Origin: Vampirovibrionaceae bacterium NZW_1234 | Lineage (GTDB): Bacteria > Cyanobacteriota > Vampirovibrionia > Vampirovibrionales > JAGQHJ01 | Length of the DNA: 64,000 bases | Reading direction: 5' to 3' | Assembly: GCA_041697335.1 (NCBI GenBank) | Contig: JBGUGD010000030.1 | Location: forward strand, 176,291-240,290 | Program-made: the position numbers and the translations under genes | The notes under the pieces: generated by a model | What the model was told of the DNA's origin: nothing | What the model saw: the letters and a program-made list of their open reading frames with translations, nothing else | Database searches by the model: none | Shown: piece after piece, positions 39,858 through 49,250 of the stretch | Layout of the letters: each line of letters begins with the position of its first letter | Numbering within the stretch: the stretch's first letter is position 1

Positions 39858-40060
39858 GTGTTTTGACTCGTTTTAACTCATTTTTACTCAGGTTTTTTTG
39901 TTTTTGTGTGATTTTGCCTCGTTTTTACTCAGGCTTTTTTGTTTTTGTGTGATTTTGACTCATTTTTGCTCAAGGTTTTTTTGCTTTGTGTGATTTTGAC
40001 TCGCTTTTACTCAGGTTTTTTTGTTTTTACGTGATTTTGACTCATTTTTGCTCAGGGTTT
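39858..40060. repeat. Non-coding T-rich tandem repeat, 41-bp period
   Basis: GTGATTTT unit starts at 39908, 39949, 39990, 40031 plus a degenerate upstream copy. Confidence 0.9.
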
Positions 40061-40272
40061 GATAGTCTGGCTTCGGGTGATCCCCCTCCAAGGCGGGCCG
40101 TTTTCCGGGGGCAGCTCTGGGGAGGCGCTGGGTTTGTGTGAAGATGACTGAAGTCTTGGCTTGATAAGCATATGGTGGTGCTTATCAGCATTATTCCAAG
40201 TTTTTTCTGAATTTAAACCTGCATGTCCTTGGTAAAAAGCGGCTTTGGATACTTTGGCTTCCGCCAGGACAA

Positions 40273-40917
40273 TTAGCCGTTGGTCCAGGGCAGGATGTAG
40301 TCGGGGTCTGTGACGCTCTCGGGTAGCCGATCGTTGGTCAGAATGGCGGAACTGGCAAAGCGACGCGTGGTGATGCGTCCGCCAAAGAACAGCATCAGGC
40401 TAATGGCCGGTTGAGGGCCATCGGCGTCGGGATCCATAATGAAGCGAACGGCATGGGTATTCAGGCCCGGGGTCTGACCTGTCGGGGCAAACTTGGCGGT
40501 GGAATCATACTGGAGCACCCCCCCGCTGTTTAACAGCAGGCACGGGGTGGTCGCATCGCAAGGGGTTCTAAACAAGGCACAACTTGAAGCACCAGCCTGC
40601 AGGCAGGTCCCGTTGGCTGGGGTGTTGGTGACATTTTGAAGCTGGGTGGAGGTGCTGCCGTTGGAGATCCGTCGGACGTGATCCATTTTCAGGGCAATGG
40701 TTTGGGCGGTGGTGTCTGCGGTGGAGGGGGTTTCACTCAGCAAGGTTGCATAACCTTGGCCCAGGGCAGAGGCACTGTTTTTGGCAATATCCATAAACTT
40801 TTCCTGCCCCACGTTTTGAAACAGGACAGGAATGAGCATGGTTGCCAGAACCCCAATCAGGGCAATGGTAATCAGGATTTCCACTAAAGTAAAACCGTTA
40901 GAAAAGCACCGTCTCAT
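40273..40917 (-). CDS. Type IV pilin / T2SS pseudopilin-like protein
   Basis: Class III signal G|FTLVEILITIALIGVLA; GGGAG RBS before ATG 40917; Cys pairs. Confidence 0.88.
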   Translation of the reverse strand: MRRCFSNGFTLVEILITIALIGVLATMLIPVLFQNVGQEKFMDIAKNSASALGQGYATLLSETPSTADTTAQTIALKMDHVRRISNGSTSTQLQNVTNTPANGTCLQAGASSCALFRTPCDATTPCLLLNSGGVLQYDSTAKFAPTGQTPGLNTHAVRFIMDPDADGPQPAISLMLFFGGRITTRRFASSAILTNDRLPESVTDPDYILPWTNG

Positions 40918-41013
40918 CGAAAACAACTCCCAGGGGTAACCCCAACTCACGACCAATCCGAAGATAGATTTCGTATCGACCAGGCGGGGGAAAGCTTTAA
41001 CGTCCACCCCAGA

Positions 41014-41511
41014 TTACGGCGTATTGACCGAGGCCGGCACCGCGGAGGAGCCACCCTCTGTGGCGAAATATTGATCGCCCAGAAGCTGTTTCATGCGTTG
41101 GATTTCGACCCGGGCTTGGGCAGCATAGGGGCTGGTGGGGAAGTTGCTTTGAATGTAGTTGTAGAAATCGAAGGCGTCATCATACATTTCCCGGCTCTTA
41201 AACAGGCGGCCAGCCTGGTAGGCGGGTTTTACCAGGAGCTGGCTGGTGGGATAATCCCGGATCAGGTCCAGCAACTGAAGTTTGACGTCCATGGCCTGGG
41301 CCACGTCATCGGGCGAAAACAGGCCTCGCGCCGCACTTTTTTGCTCTAACGGGGTGAGCACTTGGGTAATGGGATCCAGGACTTTTTGAACTTCCTTGTC
41401 GGCTTTGCTGAGCTTTTTCTTTGATGCGGCCAAGGCCGGATCAATGGCGGTTAACAAGATTAGCGCCACGAGAAAGAGAACTAACAAATTCTGTGCAAAC
41501 ACAATAAACAC
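41014..41511 (-). CDS. Secreted TPR-like protein (BamD/CpoB-like repeat)
   Basis: Signal peptide ending PALA; IRDYPTS and QSNFPTSPYAAQA motifs. Confidence 0.7.
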   Translation of the reverse strand: MFIVFAQNLLVLFLVALILLTAIDPALAASKKKLSKADKEVQKVLDPITQVLTPLEQKSAARGLFSPDDVAQAMDVKLQLLDLIRDYPTSQLLVKPAYQAGRLFKSREMYDDAFDFYNYIQSNFPTSPYAAQARVEIQRMKQLLGDQYFATEGGSSAVPASVNTP

Positions 41512-41792
41512 ACCCTGCTAACTCTGATTACTCTAACTGCTTGGTGACATCAATCACACGGACTCTTCATGTTTATTGTAAAAGATTTTCCCAAAATGCC
41601 ATTCCTCTGTTCAGAGGAGCTCTCCGATGGCTGGGGGAGTTCAGGTGGGTTTTTATCGTCCGGGTGTGGGACGCATTTCTCCCCCAAGGGGAGGAAATTG
41701 CGGGGGAAATGGTGCTGAGTCCGACAAGACCAAAACGGCCCAGAGAGTCCTTCAGGCAAAAGGTTTTGGGAGATTTTCGACCCATTGCCACC

Positions 41793-41801
41793 TGTTATAA
41801 T
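41793..41801 (+). promoter_or_regulatory. Extended -10 promoter of the sigma factor gene
   Basis: TGTTATAAT. Confidence 0.5.
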
Positions 41802-41844
41802 GTAACTTACTTTTTTAGCGTAGCGCTGACCAAAGGACGCGATA

Positions 41845-42885
41845 TTGCTCGTGAATAAACGCAAACAAAGCTCGGGTACAACCAAAGAAAATCCGTTTCC
41901 TAAAGATGACCTCGTTGAAGATATGGAGGATGAAGCCCTCGGATTTGACGACGGGGACGATCATGTCGATATTTACGACCAACTGGAAGAGGAGCCGGAT
42001 GAAGATGAGGACGGGGCCAAGGATCTGACCGAACGCACCGCAGCGGACGATTCGGTCAAGATTTACCTGCAGCAAATCGGTCGCGTCAAGCTCTTGTCCG
42101 CCGATGAAGAAATTGAATTGGCCAAGCGCATTGCCGAAGGCGATGAGGTGGCCAAACAAAAGCTGATTCAAGCCAACCTGCGCCTTGTGGTGAGTATTGC
42201 CAAGAAGTATATCGGACGGGGACTGTCTTTTCTGGATCTGATCCAAGAGGGAAACCTCGGTCTGATCCGGGCCGCAGAAAAGTTCGATTATCGCCGGGGC
42301 TTTAAATTTTCGACCTATGCGACCTGGTGGATTCAGCAGTCCATTACCCGAGGCATTGCCGATAAGTCTCGGACCATTCGCCTGCCGGTTCACATGATTG
42401 AGACCATTGGGAAGTTGAAACGGGTTTCTCGGGAGTTGACCCTGGAATTGGGGCGGACCCCGACGAAAGAAGAACTGGCTCAGCGGATGGGCGTCTCCTT
42501 AGCCAAGCTGCGTCTCGTGCTTAAGGCCACCCAATCCACCATTAGTCTGGAAACGCCTTTGAACACCAAGGACGAGGCCTCCAAGATTGGGGATTTTCTG
42601 GTGGATGAAAGCATGGAGTCTCCTGACAGCCGGGTTTCCAATGAAAGCCTGGTGTCCGAGTTGGAAAAAATCTTGTCGACCTTGCGCCCTCGCGAGCGCG
42701 ATGTGTTGAAGCTTCGCTTTGGCTTAAATGACGGCAATAAGCGGACGCTGGAAGAAATCGGCCAGCTTTTCGGGGTCTCTCGGGAGCGGGTGCGTCAGAT
42801 TGAGACTCGGGCCTTGAACAAGTTACGCAAAATGTGCCGTAACAACCGCAGCATCCGAAGCTTGCGAAACTATTTAGGCGGTTAG
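41845..42885 (+). CDS. RpoD/SigA-family sigma70 factor, possibly a group 2 paralogue
   Basis: [68 protein letters not shown]. Confidence 0.93.
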   Translation: MLVNKRKQSSGTTKENPFPKDDLVEDMEDEALGFDDGDDHVDIYDQLEEEPDEDEDGAKDLTERTAADDSVKIYLQQIGRVKLLSADEEIELAKRIAEGDEVAKQKLIQANLRLVVSIAKKYIGRGLSFLDLIQEGNLGLIRAAEKFDYRRGFKFSTYATWWIQQSITRGIADKSRTIRLPVHMIETIGKLKRVSRELTLELGRTPTKEELAQRMGVSLAKLRLVLKATQSTISLETPLNTKDEASKIGDFLVDESMESPDSRVSNESLVSELEKILSTLRPRERDVLKLRFGLNDGNKRTLEEIGQLFGVSRERVRQIETRALNKLRKMCRNNRSIRSLRNYLGG

Positions 42886-43042
42886 GTCCGGTTTTGTAGT
42901 TTTATGTAAATTTGAATATAAATTATATTGAGTTTGTGCTGTGTTGTCGCTATAACAAAAGCATGGGACTGTTCCATGAGGTTGGGAAAGGACGCCTTCT
43001 CGCTCTGGAGATTCCCCAAAGTAAGACGGACAATGTGCTGCT

Positions 43043-44338
43043 GTGGTTATTGCGTTCAACTCGGTTAAACCCTTTTCAGCCGGCTCTGCTACTCGACCTG
43101 TGGCAACGCCCGTGTCATGGGCTTCCTCGTCCCAGCGCCGGTTTGCATCTCAAACATCGACAGATTCTTTACGACTCTCTTCGTCACAGTCCACGAATTT
43201 ACTTCAAAAATACGGCATTGATCCCGAGCGGGTGTCCGTGACCTCCTGGGATGATCGGGGGTTGGATCCTGACTTGGCAACAGCGATCCACCGTCAGAAA
43301 GTCACCTTGATCACCCATGCCCTTGAAGCCCACGAGCTTGCCTTAAAACACCAGGCCCTAGGGAACTACTCCAACGATTATCGGGCCACGCATATTTCAC
43401 TGAAAAACGGCACGACCGCCATGGCGACCAACCTGGAATTGAACGAAGGTAAATCTACGCCCTGTGGCGAGCGTTCTGCGGTGATTGCTGCCGTGAATCA
43501 GGCGATTCGGGCGCTGCCTTTGGCTCGGCTGCAGCAGGCCAGCGGTTCTGATATCGCAATGATCAGCGAGGGCTTAAAGGCCAATGTGTTGGTGATGGCC
43601 ACCAGCAACCTGAAAGACTATGCGGAAGTATGCTCCGATTGTGAAACCTGGATGGCGGATAAGAAACTGTTTTCACCGGATACCCTCTTTGTCAGTCTGG
43701 GGCAAACCCCTCACGGAGCCTTTTCGTTGCGGGTTCAACGCTTGATCGATCGGATGCCCCGATGGGGCAAACAGCACCCTTCCGTGTTTACCGACGGCCA
43801 GACCTTTGAAACAGCCAATGTTGACCCGCTTCTCTCGAAACGGGCTCAGCAGGTGCTGGCGGCCAAACCCTACTTGGTTTCCCAGGTGCAGCCGCTGCTT
43901 CAGCAAGCCAAGGCCGAATTCGATGCCAACCGAACGGCATGGGCGCCCGAGCGTAATACCGCTGCTGCTGTGATGCTGTCCTCCAGCACGTCTACGTTGC
44001 CGACTCTTCACCGCTATGCGGCCCCTCTTTTTAGCTGGAAGCGGCGCTGGTATGAAGCGCCGGATTTGCTCGCGGCCAGCTGGGGGTATCAGGATTTAAC
44101 CAACCGCTTGCAGGCCCAGGATGTCCGAATTCAAGCTGTGGCCTATTATGGAAACGATTCCCAGTTCCCGCTGCCCACCAATTTGGGACGTCTGGCCCAA
44201 GCAACCCGAGGCGGGCTGGATACCTTGGTGGTGGTCCTTGAGCATAACCGGATCCATGTCAGAACGATTGCCGATTATCTCCCTCGGACCTCTGTTTCCA
44301 ACGGCACGCCTGGCTCCTCCAACCGGTCTTATGCCTAG
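43043..44338 (+). CDS. Cytidine-deaminase-like protein with leader and degenerate second domain
   Basis: ATNLE...PCGERSAV...VCSDC zinc-deaminase motifs; leader contains QRRFAS. Confidence 0.68.
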   Translation: MVIAFNSVKPFSAGSATRPVATPVSWASSSQRRFASQTSTDSLRLSSSQSTNLLQKYGIDPERVSVTSWDDRGLDPDLATAIHRQKVTLITHALEAHELALKHQALGNYSNDYRATHISLKNGTTAMATNLELNEGKSTPCGERSAVIAAVNQAIRALPLARLQQASGSDIAMISEGLKANVLVMATSNLKDYAEVCSDCETWMADKKLFSPDTLFVSLGQTPHGAFSLRVQRLIDRMPRWGKQHPSVFTDGQTFETANVDPLLSKRAQQVLAAKPYLVSQVQPLLQQAKAEFDANRTAWAPERNTAAAVMLSSSTSTLPTLHRYAAPLFSWKRRWYEAPDLLAASWGYQDLTNRLQAQDVRIQAVAYYGNDSQFPLPTNLGRLAQATRGGLDTLVVVLEHNRIHVRTIADYLPRTSVSNGTPGSSNRSYA

Positions 44339-44366
44339 CGGGTCTGACCCATACAAAGCTTGCTCT

Positions 44367-44395
44367 TAGACAAGCCGGTGTGGGCCGATTATAAT
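44367..44395 (+). promoter_or_regulatory. Sigma70 promoter of ybaB-recR
   Basis: TAGACA-17 nt-TATAAT. Confidence 0.7.
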
Positions 44396-44438
44396 AAGGG
44401 CACTGTTGATGTAGAGGCAATCACCAAGGAGCAAGGCC

Positions 44439-44750
44439 ATGGGATTCGATATCCAGAAAATGCTGAAACAAGCCCAAAAAATGCAGGAACAAATGGCAGG
44501 GGTTCAGGAAGAACTTGCGAAGCTGGAAGTGACCGGGAGCGCTGGCGGCGGCGCGGTCACTATTGTTTGTGATGGTCGGGGCGAAACCAAATCCGTGAAA
44601 ATTGCCAAAGAAGCCATGGATGATGCCGAGACCTTGCAAGAGCTCGTGCTGGCTGCGATTCGGGATTCTCAGAAAAAGGCCAGTGAATTGGCCCAGGAAA
44701 AAATGTCCGGTGTGACCCAAGGGCTCAAAATTCCAGGCTTGCCTTTCTAA
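44439..44750 (+). CDS. ybaB: YbaB/EbfC nucleoid-associated protein
   Basis: MLKQAQKMQ, GSAGGGAV, terminal GLKIPGLPF; adjacent to recR. Confidence 0.95.
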   Translation: MGFDIQKMLKQAQKMQEQMAGVQEELAKLEVTGSAGGGAVTIVCDGRGETKSVKIAKEAMDDAETLQELVLAAIRDSQKKASELAQEKMSGVTQGLKIPGLPF

Positions 44751-44871
44751 GCGTGTTGCTTTGACTCCCGAAGCGACGCCAACCCTGAAATCGGGTGCAT
44801 CCTGACGGTTGCTCCTGATGTCGTCCGAAGGCATAATAGAGATACGGTTTAACGCAACGTGAGACGTTCTG

Positions 44872-45468
44872 ATGTATACTCGTCCGCTGGCGCGGTTGAT
44901 TGAAGAATTTCAAAAGCTCCCGGGTGTTGGGCCAAAGTCGGCTCAACGGCTTGCTTTCCATGTGCTTAAACGTTCGGAATCTGAAATCCAAGGCTTCTCC
45001 GAGGCCTTGATTGATGCCAAGCGCCAAATTGGGCGTTGTTCCGTTTGCTATAATTTGTCGTGCCAAAACCCCTGTGAGATCTGTACTCATACGGGGCGCG
45101 ATAGGACACTGCTGTGTGTGATTCCCGAGCCTCGCGATCTGTTTGCCCTGGAGCGAACCGGGGAATATAAGGGCCTGTATCATGTCCTGGACGGGCTGAT
45201 TTCCCCCCTTGAAGGCATTGGTCCCCAGGAGCTTCGGGTCCAGGAACTGCTGAATCGTTTGGCGCCGGAGTCGGATATCCAGGAAGTGATTTTGGCTTTG
45301 CCCCCTTCTGTGGAGGGAGATACGACAAGCCTTTATCTGACCCGGATGTTGAAGCCCTCCGGGGTCAAGCTGTCTCGGATTGCCTTTGGCTTGCCTGTGG
45401 GTGGCGACATTGAATATGCCGATGCGCTGACCTTGACTCGGGCCATGGCAGGGCGAATCAGCCTTTAA
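44872..45468 (+). CDS. recR: Recombination mediator RecR
   Basis: LPGVGPKSAQRLAF, C4 zinc finger, Toprim, GLPVGGDIEYAD. Confidence 0.97.
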   Translation: MYTRPLARLIEEFQKLPGVGPKSAQRLAFHVLKRSESEIQGFSEALIDAKRQIGRCSVCYNLSCQNPCEICTHTGRDRTLLCVIPEPRDLFALERTGEYKGLYHVLDGLISPLEGIGPQELRVQELLNRLAPESDIQEVILALPPSVEGDTTSLYLTRMLKPSGVKLSRIAFGLPVGGDIEYADALTLTRAMAGRISL

Positions 45469-45512
45469 TCCAAAACCAACGGGTTTTTCTATTGACGTAG
45501 GGTGGCTGCGGC

Positions 45513-47996
45513 CTAAACCGGAAGCAGTGTGGCGGCTTTGCGTCCTTCGTTTAAGGCGGCAAAGGCCTGTTGAAAGCGAGCATCCTGCATCAGGGCGTCT
45601 AGGGTCAATGGCATTTTTTGGCGCCAGTTGGGGTAGCGCAATACGGGATAGGGGCGACCCTCTTCCGGTGCTTCATAAATGGGTTGCTCTGCCTCTGAAG
45701 AGCCAGGAATGTTGACCTGCTTGACCATGCCAAGAATGTCTTCCAGCTGAACGATAAAGAGTTTGCACCGGATACGGGCCATAAACTGGTTTAAGGCCCG
45801 TGAAAAGGCCGTAAACTGCTCGGGAGCCGAGGTGCCGTTTTGTTCGACGACCTCGGGTGTAAAGCTTTGACGCAGCGATTCCAGGGAAATCTCCCCGGAC
45901 AAAAGCTGCTCCTGCTGAAGGACCTGAATGAGCTTGCGTAAGGTATCCTCTTCGTCGTTCATCGCGACCTGCATATCTTCCGACCAGGTCTGGAAGGTGT
46001 TGGCCATCAGGTTCCAGTACCATTGGGTGATCATTCCTGCCAAGGTCGAGCTGTCATGCAGGCTGAAGGTTCCCAAGGCATAGGGTGGATAGGTTTCCGG
46101 AGGGGTGATGGGGTTGCCTTCTTGTTGACTGTCCTTTTGCCAGCGGCCCACACGGTAGGAGAACAGGCGCCATTCGGCCAGGGCTTCCGGAACCCCGGGG
46201 GGAACCGTTCCCAAATCTTCCCCAATGACCATACACTGGTTGCGATGGCTTTCCAAGGCAATGATGCCCAGGTACTCCTGGAGGTTGTTTTTGACGTAAA
46301 GCCCGTGCCGGGAATCGCGTGGGTTTTCAGGATTGGGTGTAATCCAGTAGAGACGGTTTAAGCCCAGCGCATGATCCACCCGCAAAATACCGGCATGGCG
46401 CATGCTGGTTCGGAGTAATTCGATAAACGGTTCATAGGCAGCTTGGCGTAGCTTTTGGGGATGGAACGGAGGCAGGCCCCAGTTTTGGCCCATCGGGCCG
46501 AGCTGATCCGGTGGGGCACCCACGGAAACGTCCAGGGCGTAAAGCTCCTGGTAGCGCCAGGTGTCAAAGCCGCCTCGATCTGCGCCCACAGGCAAATCCA
46601 TGTACAGGCCCAATGCCAGACGGGCGTCCGGGTCGGTGTTCAGTGCCGCCAGCTGGGTGTCGGTGAGCCATTGAAGGTATTGGTAGAACTCAATTTGAGT
46701 CTGGTTTTCAGGCTGTTGCGCAAAGCGCTCGATAGCCGGGCTGTCCGGGGTCCGGTACTCTTCGGGCCAGTGGAACCAGGCTTGACCTTGAAACTGCTGT
46801 TGTAACGCCTGAAAGATGGCCAGTTGCGTGAGCAACGCGCCATGGTGAGTCTTATAGGCCTCAAAGGACCGGGCGTGCTCGGACTGGCTGAGATTGGCCT
46901 TAAAATAATCGAAGAGGTGTCTCAGGGTATTGAGTTTGACATAGCCCACGGCGTTGTATTGAACCGCATTGGCTGAGCGGGCTTGACTGAGGTGCTGTTG
47001 GGTTTCAGGGGCACTTAAGAAGGCCTGGCCTTCTGATGTTTTGGCCCAGTCGGCATAGCCGGGGACCTGGTGGGTATCCAGGTATAAGGGGTTTAAAAAT
47101 AACCGGCTAATGGGAGAGTACGGGCTCGCGGTGTCCGGGTAGACCAGATTGAGGGTTGTTAACGGATTCAAACCGACAAAAGAGCCGCCTTGGCTTTTGA
47201 TCCATTGGTTGAATCGGTTTAAGGTTGTAAAATCCCCCATGCCTTCATAATGCGGGTGTGCATGGGGGTCTTCTTTAAGAGTATAGAGCTGAATGGCCGT
47301 GCCCCAGACTGGCGGCAGATTTTCGGGGACATAGGTTGTGGATGGGGTGACAATGAGTCGGGTCTGAGCCAGTATCGCTCCGTTTGTGCCATCCTGTAAG
47401 GCCAGCTGGTGGTAGCCAAGTGGGAGCTGACTGACGGCATCACTGCTGAGAACACTGGTCCGGCGGACGTATTCGGTGCCATGGATGTGGCGTGTGTGCG
47501 CGGCATCGGACTCTTGCCAGTGACAAGGGTGCGATTGAGCCGACTGGGCTTCCGGCGTGATAAGCCAGGTCAAGGCGCGTGTTTGCCATTCTTGAGGCAT
47601 GCTGACCGTCACAAAGAGCCCATGGGCTTGTAAATCTTCAGTGCGAGCCACGATGACCGGATCCAAATACATCAACCAGGAGCTTTCTTCCAGGCGCTGG
47701 CGCTCGGCATGCAGCCCTTCAACAGAGTTCATGCGATCCCGGGGGACACCCAACGCCTCCAAGAGGGCTTGCAGGTGACCCGTTTGCGGTTCCACGAAGT
47801 CGGGGTGAAAACTCAACAGTTCGACGCCATACTCCAGGGCGAGTTGACGTAAAACATCATCATAGGCATTGTCGGACACAGCATCAGTTTCCCGAATTGA
47901 CGATAACAAGGCAAAATCAGAAGAAGCAGGGGGAGCATCCACCGTGGATGCAGGTGATGAGTCTTTAATCATGACGCGAGGGACCTCAGGACGCAC
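45513..47996 (-). CDS. malQ: 4-alpha-glucanotransferase (GH77)
   Basis: SPYSPISRLFLNP, DLPVG, GAPPD, GQNWGLPP, RVDHALG, IGEDLGTVP, YPNWRQK; start 47996 or 47972. Confidence 0.93.
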   Translation of the reverse strand: MRPEVPRVMIKDSSPASTVDAPPASSDFALLSSIRETDAVSDNAYDDVLRQLALEYGVELLSFHPDFVEPQTGHLQALLEALGVPRDRMNSVEGLHAERQRLEESSWLMYLDPVIVARTEDLQAHGLFVTVSMPQEWQTRALTWLITPEAQSAQSHPCHWQESDAAHTRHIHGTEYVRRTSVLSSDAVSQLPLGYHQLALQDGTNGAILAQTRLIVTPSTTYVPENLPPVWGTAIQLYTLKEDPHAHPHYEGMGDFTTLNRFNQWIKSQGGSFVGLNPLTTLNLVYPDTASPYSPISRLFLNPLYLDTHQVPGYADWAKTSEGQAFLSAPETQQHLSQARSANAVQYNAVGYVKLNTLRHLFDYFKANLSQSEHARSFEAYKTHHGALLTQLAIFQALQQQFQGQAWFHWPEEYRTPDSPAIERFAQQPENQTQIEFYQYLQWLTDTQLAALNTDPDARLALGLYMDLPVGADRGGFDTWRYQELYALDVSVGAPPDQLGPMGQNWGLPPFHPQKLRQAAYEPFIELLRTSMRHAGILRVDHALGLNRLYWITPNPENPRDSRHGLYVKNNLQEYLGIIALESHRNQCMVIGEDLGTVPPGVPEALAEWRLFSYRVGRWQKDSQQEGNPITPPETYPPYALGTFSLHDSSTLAGMITQWYWNLMANTFQTWSEDMQVAMNDEEDTLRKLIQVLQQEQLLSGEISLESLRQSFTPEVVEQNGTSAPEQFTAFSRALNQFMARIRCKLFIVQLEDILGMVKQVNIPGSSEAEQPIYEAPEEGRPYPVLRYPNWRQKMPLTLDALMQDARFQQAFAALNEGRKAATLLPV

Positions 47997-48120
47997 TTAA
48001 GAGGGTGACACAAAACGAGGAGCATGACCCATTGTTGGCAGACGGCAGCGCCATCCAAAAGACCATACACCGCATGGCACATCTCACTCAAGTGGGCAAA
48101 CGGCGGAATGGGCCACGAAT

Positions 48121-48138
48121 TTTACAAAACGTTACAGG
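48121..48138 (+). promoter_or_regulatory. HLR1-like direct repeat upstream of malQ
   Basis: TTTACAAA-AC-GTTACAGG. Confidence 0.45.
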
Positions 48139-48176
48139 TTGGGGTCTCTAAGCCTTCTGCTTGGGGGCGTTTTGCC

Positions 48177-49139
48177 TCAAGGTGTGTCCTCATCGGGGCT
48201 GTCTTTCTCCATGGCCTCGGCCTGGTCCCGAAGGGCTTGGGCTTTTTCCCGCTTATTCTGGGCTTCAAGCAGATCGGCCAGCTGTTCCATCGTGCTTTTC
48301 AGGAACGTGCTTTTGGGGTGCTGCTTCAACAGCAGGTCTAATTCATCTTCTGTTCTGGCAACCCAGTATTCCGACGCGGTGTAGGCTTTTTCATAGTCGT
48401 CATTATCATCGGTGTTGACAGCAATCTGGTAATGGGTTTTGGCCAAGAGATGCTTCAAATCCAAGGTGTGGAAGTTGGCCGGTTTTTTTTGCTGGTTATA
48501 GGTTGCTAACGCTTCTCGAAAATGTGCCAGTGCGGTTGGATGTTCTTCTCGGTTCAAGGCAATTTTGCCTAAGCCGGTATTGATATCCGCCCAATAGGGG
48601 TAGAGCTTTTTCTGGAAGACCCCGCGTTCCTTGCCGGTGGGGTTCATGGTTTTTTCTGCGGCTGTCAGAAGTTGCTCGGCTTCATCCCAGTTGTTTCCGG
48701 AATTGATGAGCATTAAGGCCAACCAGGTTTGGGTACGGGCTTTGCCCAGTGGATCATTCAGGCGCCCTTGGGGCTGGTAGAGTTCCAGGGCCAAGTCAAA
48801 ATGACGGCGGGCTTCCTCATAGCGTCCTAAAGCACTACAGGCATTGCCTTGAGACTCCAGGGTAATCAGGTGGTCATTGTCGTCGTTGGTGTCGGTATCA
48901 TCCAAAAATTCCTTGGCCTGGTAATAGGCGCGCAAGGCTTCGGTATAGTTTCGCTTTTCGTAATGCACATGGCCCCGATCCAGATGATTGCGCCACAGGG
49001 CCTTAAAGGCTGTGTTTGCCCCAAAGCGAACATACGAATCACTCTGGGATGGCGCCGCCGACGAGGGCCGTTCTGGGCTCGTCCTGGGTGTTTTGGGTTT
49101 GATGATTGATTGACCTGGTAAATGAAACCGAACCTGCAT
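48177..49139 (-). CDS. TPR protein with RFG leader
   Basis: Kinesin-light-chain-like TPRs; GGAGGAG RBS; leader ends SYVRFGA. Confidence 0.82.
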   Translation of the reverse strand: MQVRFHLPGQSIIKPKTPRTSPERPSSAAPSQSDSYVRFGANTAFKALWRNHLDRGHVHYEKRNYTEALRAYYQAKEFLDDTDTNDDNDHLITLESQGNACSALGRYEEARRHFDLALELYQPQGRLNDPLGKARTQTWLALMLINSGNNWDEAEQLLTAAEKTMNPTGKERGVFQKKLYPYWADINTGLGKIALNREEHPTALAHFREALATYNQQKKPANFHTLDLKHLLAKTHYQIAVNTDDNDDYEKAYTASEYWVARTEDELDLLLKQHPKSTFLKSTMEQLADLLEAQNKREKAQALRDQAEAMEKDSPDEDTP

Positions 49140-49250
49140 TGCCCGTAGTACTCCTCCCGACCATGGGCTTATTGTACAGAAAGCGCTGGCCGAGGGCAGA
49201 GAGGTGTCTGTCGGAATCGTTACAAATATTTATACGAAGCCGCGGCGGGA

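Noticed and set aside
39858..40060. CRISPR array
   Set aside because: Units are contiguous with no unique spacers and there are no cas genes in the window
44751..44871. SRP RNA or other ncRNA between ybaB and recR
   Set aside because: No SRP domain IV motif or convincing structure recognised
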